Assembly (NCBI RefSeq): GCF_026210795.1
Contig: NC_089434.1
Location: 1,426,001 to 1,490,000, forward strand
Source: Rhizophagus irregularis
Lineage: Eukaryota
Reading direction: 5' to 3'
Length of the DNA stretch: 64,000 nt
Positions within the stretch are counted from its first letter, which is position 1. Each line of letters opens with the position of its first letter. The notes beneath the pieces are model-generated. The model was not told the origin of the DNA, did not search any database, and worked only from the letters and a program-made list of their open reading frames with translations. The translations under genes and the position numbers were made by a program. Shown piece after piece: positions 60,052-64,000 of the stretch.

Positions 60052-60722
60052 TTGGTGATCCGCGAGTCAAGTAGCGAAAACGATAATAAAATTTGACGGA
60101 AATTTATTAATTAAAAGCCGCATTTCCGAATGTGGGGTTGTTCATGAATTTCTCTAGCCAAATGTTTAAATAACGCCATTTTGCTTTAATGAAATAGTTT
60201 TCCACAGTTTTCCAACCAATCTCATGCAAAAAAAACCATAATGTAACATTGGAAAAAAGTCCAATTTCTAAGAGATCTGAGATTTGAAAGACAAAAACTA
60301 GTTTTATCATACCATATCACTTGTATAATGAGTGTGAAAAAGTCTTGAATTTGTCGGTTTAGAAGTTATTACAGCATAGTTTACTAATAAAATATATCAA
60401 AAATAAAGCAATATGCATGAAAGTTTAGTGAAATATAAAAATATTTCCATAATTTGTACTTTTAAAACCTTAGTTTACCTAATAACATAGTAAATGCCGC
60501 GTGCTTCCAAGGTAAACTTCGTCAAAAAAAAGTTTTACACTTTGTAGCTTTGAAAAATAAAAGTGTGACATTTACTTTATTGTTTGTATTATTTTTAGTA
60601 AACTATGCTTTATAGTTTTTGTTACATCAGAAATCATTAAAGTCGGCGTATTACGACAAATTAGTATATGATTTGCGTCAAATTTTATATGTAATTTCTC
60701 TAGTTAACTCGCGGATCGTCAA
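60052..60722. mobile_element. MITE-like non-autonomous DNA transposon (~670 bp) with TTAA flanks
   Basis: Imperfect ~28-bp TIRs TTGGTGATCCGCGAGTCAAGTAGCGAAA / TTTCTCTAGTTAACTCGCGGATCGTCAA; TTAA at 60048-60051 and 60723-60726; internal inverted repeat GCATAGTTTACTAA / TTAGTAAACTATGC. Confidence 0.65.
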
Positions 60723-63700
60723 TTAATCTATAAATGTCTAAATACAGAAAATCGCTGTTTTGACTTTTGATTAAGTCCAAGTTTTATTAGTTAGTATTAT
60801 GTAATTGTTTTTTAACTCATTCAATAACAATTCAATTTTTAAATTTTTAGATCTCATCCATCCTCGTGACACGCATCCATTAGTTGGGTGCTTTTTTTTT
60901 TAATTCGTTCGATTATCCGTTTGTATATTTATAGGTTGATTTGTATCCTTAAGTATTATGTATATTTTAAATCTAGAAGTATATTGAAATAAAATTTCCA
61001 ATGTAGTTAGTATCTTATTTTTACAATGTGTTGGTCTAAAAATATGGTTTAACATTAATCAATAGAATTTAGGCGAGTTTCTTTTGGAAGATGATATTAT
61101 TATTTATAAAAATATTTTTTTGTTACTGGTGAATTTTTTTTTATTTTTTCAGATCAGATAGTATCGAAAGGACGAATATAATCATATAACTCAGCTTGAA
61201 AAATTGGAATTATTAAAACATTTTTTTTCTCTTTTTATCTGCACTTTTTGCTTTAATAAATTAGAATTGTGCAAATTTGATACATTTTTTTAAAATTCGT
61301 TGGTAAACGATCGCCGGATATGGTAGAAATATCATACTATCACATGATTTTACAAACTAGTTGATGAACAATCGTGTTCCTCGACAAATATGAACGAGAA
61401 ACAATATCTTGAATTAATAGCTGGAAAATTACTTTTGAAATTGAATTACAATTAAACAATTAATGAAATTGAATAAGCAGTGTAAGATAATTTTAGATAA
61501 ATATGATATAAATTCATTATTTAGACAACTGAAGTTAACATCTAAATTTCCACGTTCCAACCTTTGTTTTATCATTGCAAATCTTTCATATCTTCTCTAG
61601 ATTGTATTTTTTCATTTTCATTCCATAATTTTTATAGTCAGACTTCAATATACCGATATTCGATATTCGATACATATTAAAAACTCGATATAACAGATAA
61701 CGATAAATTTGATAAATTTTTATCTTTCCCACTATATGAGAGAACATATAGATATCAGTAACTTCCTCAGTCTTAATAACTTCAAATTCACTTTTGATAA
61801 CTCTTTCTTCTATTTTTAATGGAGCGTACGTAGCCAACATGCTGGTCTATAATGAATATGTAAAACAGTTTCCGGAACCGTTTTCCGTCATTTTGATATC
61901 TTGATTTTTTTGAAACATGTAGAAACTTTTATTCCCATTCCAATTCCAATTGATTCAGGAACTTGTACTTTTTTCTACTTTATTTATGACGTAATTCAAA
62001 TTCAGGTAGACGAAGATAGCACCAATTTCTCTAAGTACCTGCACTACATGCATACCTTTATTATTATTTGAATCTTATTCGCTATCATTTATTCAATTGG
62101 TAGCATCAAATTTAAATAAATGTTTTTGTCATTGTTCTTTAATAATAAAAGAATCGTATGTTATATAATGTCATATGTTTATCGCTCAATTTTGAATATT
62201 TTTATTTAATACAATGATAATAGATGACTACAGGACCTTCATATGTATTCGATAAAAAAACTGGACGAAAGACTAAAAGATATATACAGTATTTTTTGTG
62301 ATTTAAAGGTTACAAAATAAAATATTTCATATTCTTTTGATATCTTTAATAATAATTACCTCGAACTTTTGGTATAGCGATAAAATATATTACGCAGCTG
62401 TTGAAGAAATTGGAAAGAATTACGTTTTACAGTTTGACGCTTCATCTAGATAGTAATCATCAATACTTAAAGTTATTTATTGATGGAAGTGAGATCACAC
62501 TTATAAACAAATTTAAAAAACTACACCAAAATCAAGAAAAGTATGTTCGCTACATTCTTTTAATGGCTTGTTATTTTGGCTTGTTATTTACTAATATCTT
62601 TAAAGAAAATCCCGAATATATCATTTTTATGTAGTAATTAATATTGATGATAAAAATAAATTTTCAGTGTTAAAAAATAAATAATGGAATTAAATGAAAA
62701 ATAAGAGTGAAATTTCGAGAATTTTTATTTTTTTAAAAATAAGCTCAACTTTTAGAACAAATACGAGATTGATTGTAGTACAGTTAAATAATCTGGTTTT
62801 AAAGTAGTTACAGTAACAGTATTTATACATAAATACATACTTCCCTTCGCAGATTACACCAGCCACTCATGCATTAACGGATATGATGATGAATGAGTTC
62901 TAAAAGACAACAATTAAATGAGTTGAAAGATTTGGAAGACAAACCCTAGTAATAAAAATAATAATAAAAGAGTAGAAATTATTGCTTATACGCTTTATTT
63001 TATTCATAAGAGAAAACAATCCATAGAGATTTACTTGTTAAAAATAAAAACTCAACGCATTTAAAGATTTTAAGAGTTGCCAAAAAATCTACAAAAGTAA
63101 CAATCGTAAAGAAAAAGCACAAGTCGATGTCTGATTGCTGGATCAAGAAATGAATAATGCAATTGTGAACGTCGAATTGCAATTGTTAAGCGAGTGCTTA
63201 CATTTTGTAGACTTGCAGATACAACAATCATAATTCATTTCTGCTGTATCAAATATGCTGCGTGACCATCCCACGATGGACACAATTAATGGTACGAGAC
63301 CAAAAATTGTAACGGAAGGCCGATTTTATTACGATTAACATACAGTACAAGTAAAATCTTATAGTATATTAATTATTTTATTTGTCTGTTATAATAATTT
63401 TTTTTATTTAGGTCGAGATTCATAATAATCCAAATCTTCACCAAGAACAAAATGGTTAGATAATTCTTTAAAATTATATAAAAAGGAAATAATACACTTT
63501 TTATCTTAGTTTGTAAATTTAAATAATTTTATGTATACAATATAAAATCATTTGTTTTACGTATCTCGAATTTTCTTGTATGTTCGACTCTTAAGGAGGA
63601 ATTTTATTTAAAAGTGGCGCAACTTGGTGCATGATTTGTTAATTCCGCCTGATACTCCTTTAAACTATCGCAGAAATTAAGAAAGATTATAGGGATTTTA

Positions 63701-64000
63701 CTATTTTACTAATGTGATGACCTAAGGGGTGCATCATAAAAAGGGGGGGAACTTACACAAATTATATTTTTATAAAATTCATATGCAAAATATTAATTGT
63801 GCTCATAACCTCGAATTTATTTTTGTGACATTATTTACATTATTTATATTATTTATATTATTTATATTAAATGCGGGAGAAATTGGCTATTATAAGTTTA
63901 TAATAGAATATTATTTCGATCGTCAATTCGCATTATATATAATCATCATTAACGAAGGTATCACAACATTCATTGGACGAGATCCACGTTTTTGTGGCAT

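Noticed and set aside
1..64000. tRNA or rRNA genes; prokaryotic operons or prophage
   Set aside because: None recognised; spliceosomal introns and eukaryotic transposons indicate a fungal nuclear locus.

Overview
AT-rich, intron-containing eukaryotic DNA. The TKL-type kinase gene, its remnants and the short AT-rich introns point to an arbuscular mycorrhizal fungus (Glomeromycota, Rhizophagus-like); this is an inference. The window is mostly nested mobile DNA. (1) A complete 14.5-kb Polinton/Maverick-like element (1759-16306) has 570-bp TIRs starting GTCGTCGG and a 5-bp GAGGA target-site duplication (TSD). It encodes a chromodomain rve integrase, a family-B polymerase, an SF3/D5-like helicase, an A32-like packaging ATPase and F-box proteins. 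Unexpectedly, it also has a retrotransposon-type Gag joined to a retropepsin by an apparent -1 frameshift, with no reverse transcriptase and no jelly-roll capsid I can recognise. (2) That element sits inside the integrase gene of a related element (ending at 18460), which itself sits in one of two inverted copies of a Helitron. (3) A 3-kb non-autonomous relative (24872-27909) has 934-bp TIRs and a TGTAA TSD. (4) A ~14.7-kb Helitron (31396-~46103) carries RepHel plus three spliced cargo genes. (5) A protein-kinase gene has a 5' region made of ~40 tandem mini-introns, each pair separated by a 3-nt microexon, and apparently one 1-nt exon. The last 10 kb is mostly low-complexity DNA, kinase-gene debris and one MITE. 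All calls come from reading the sequence by eye; no database searches were run.
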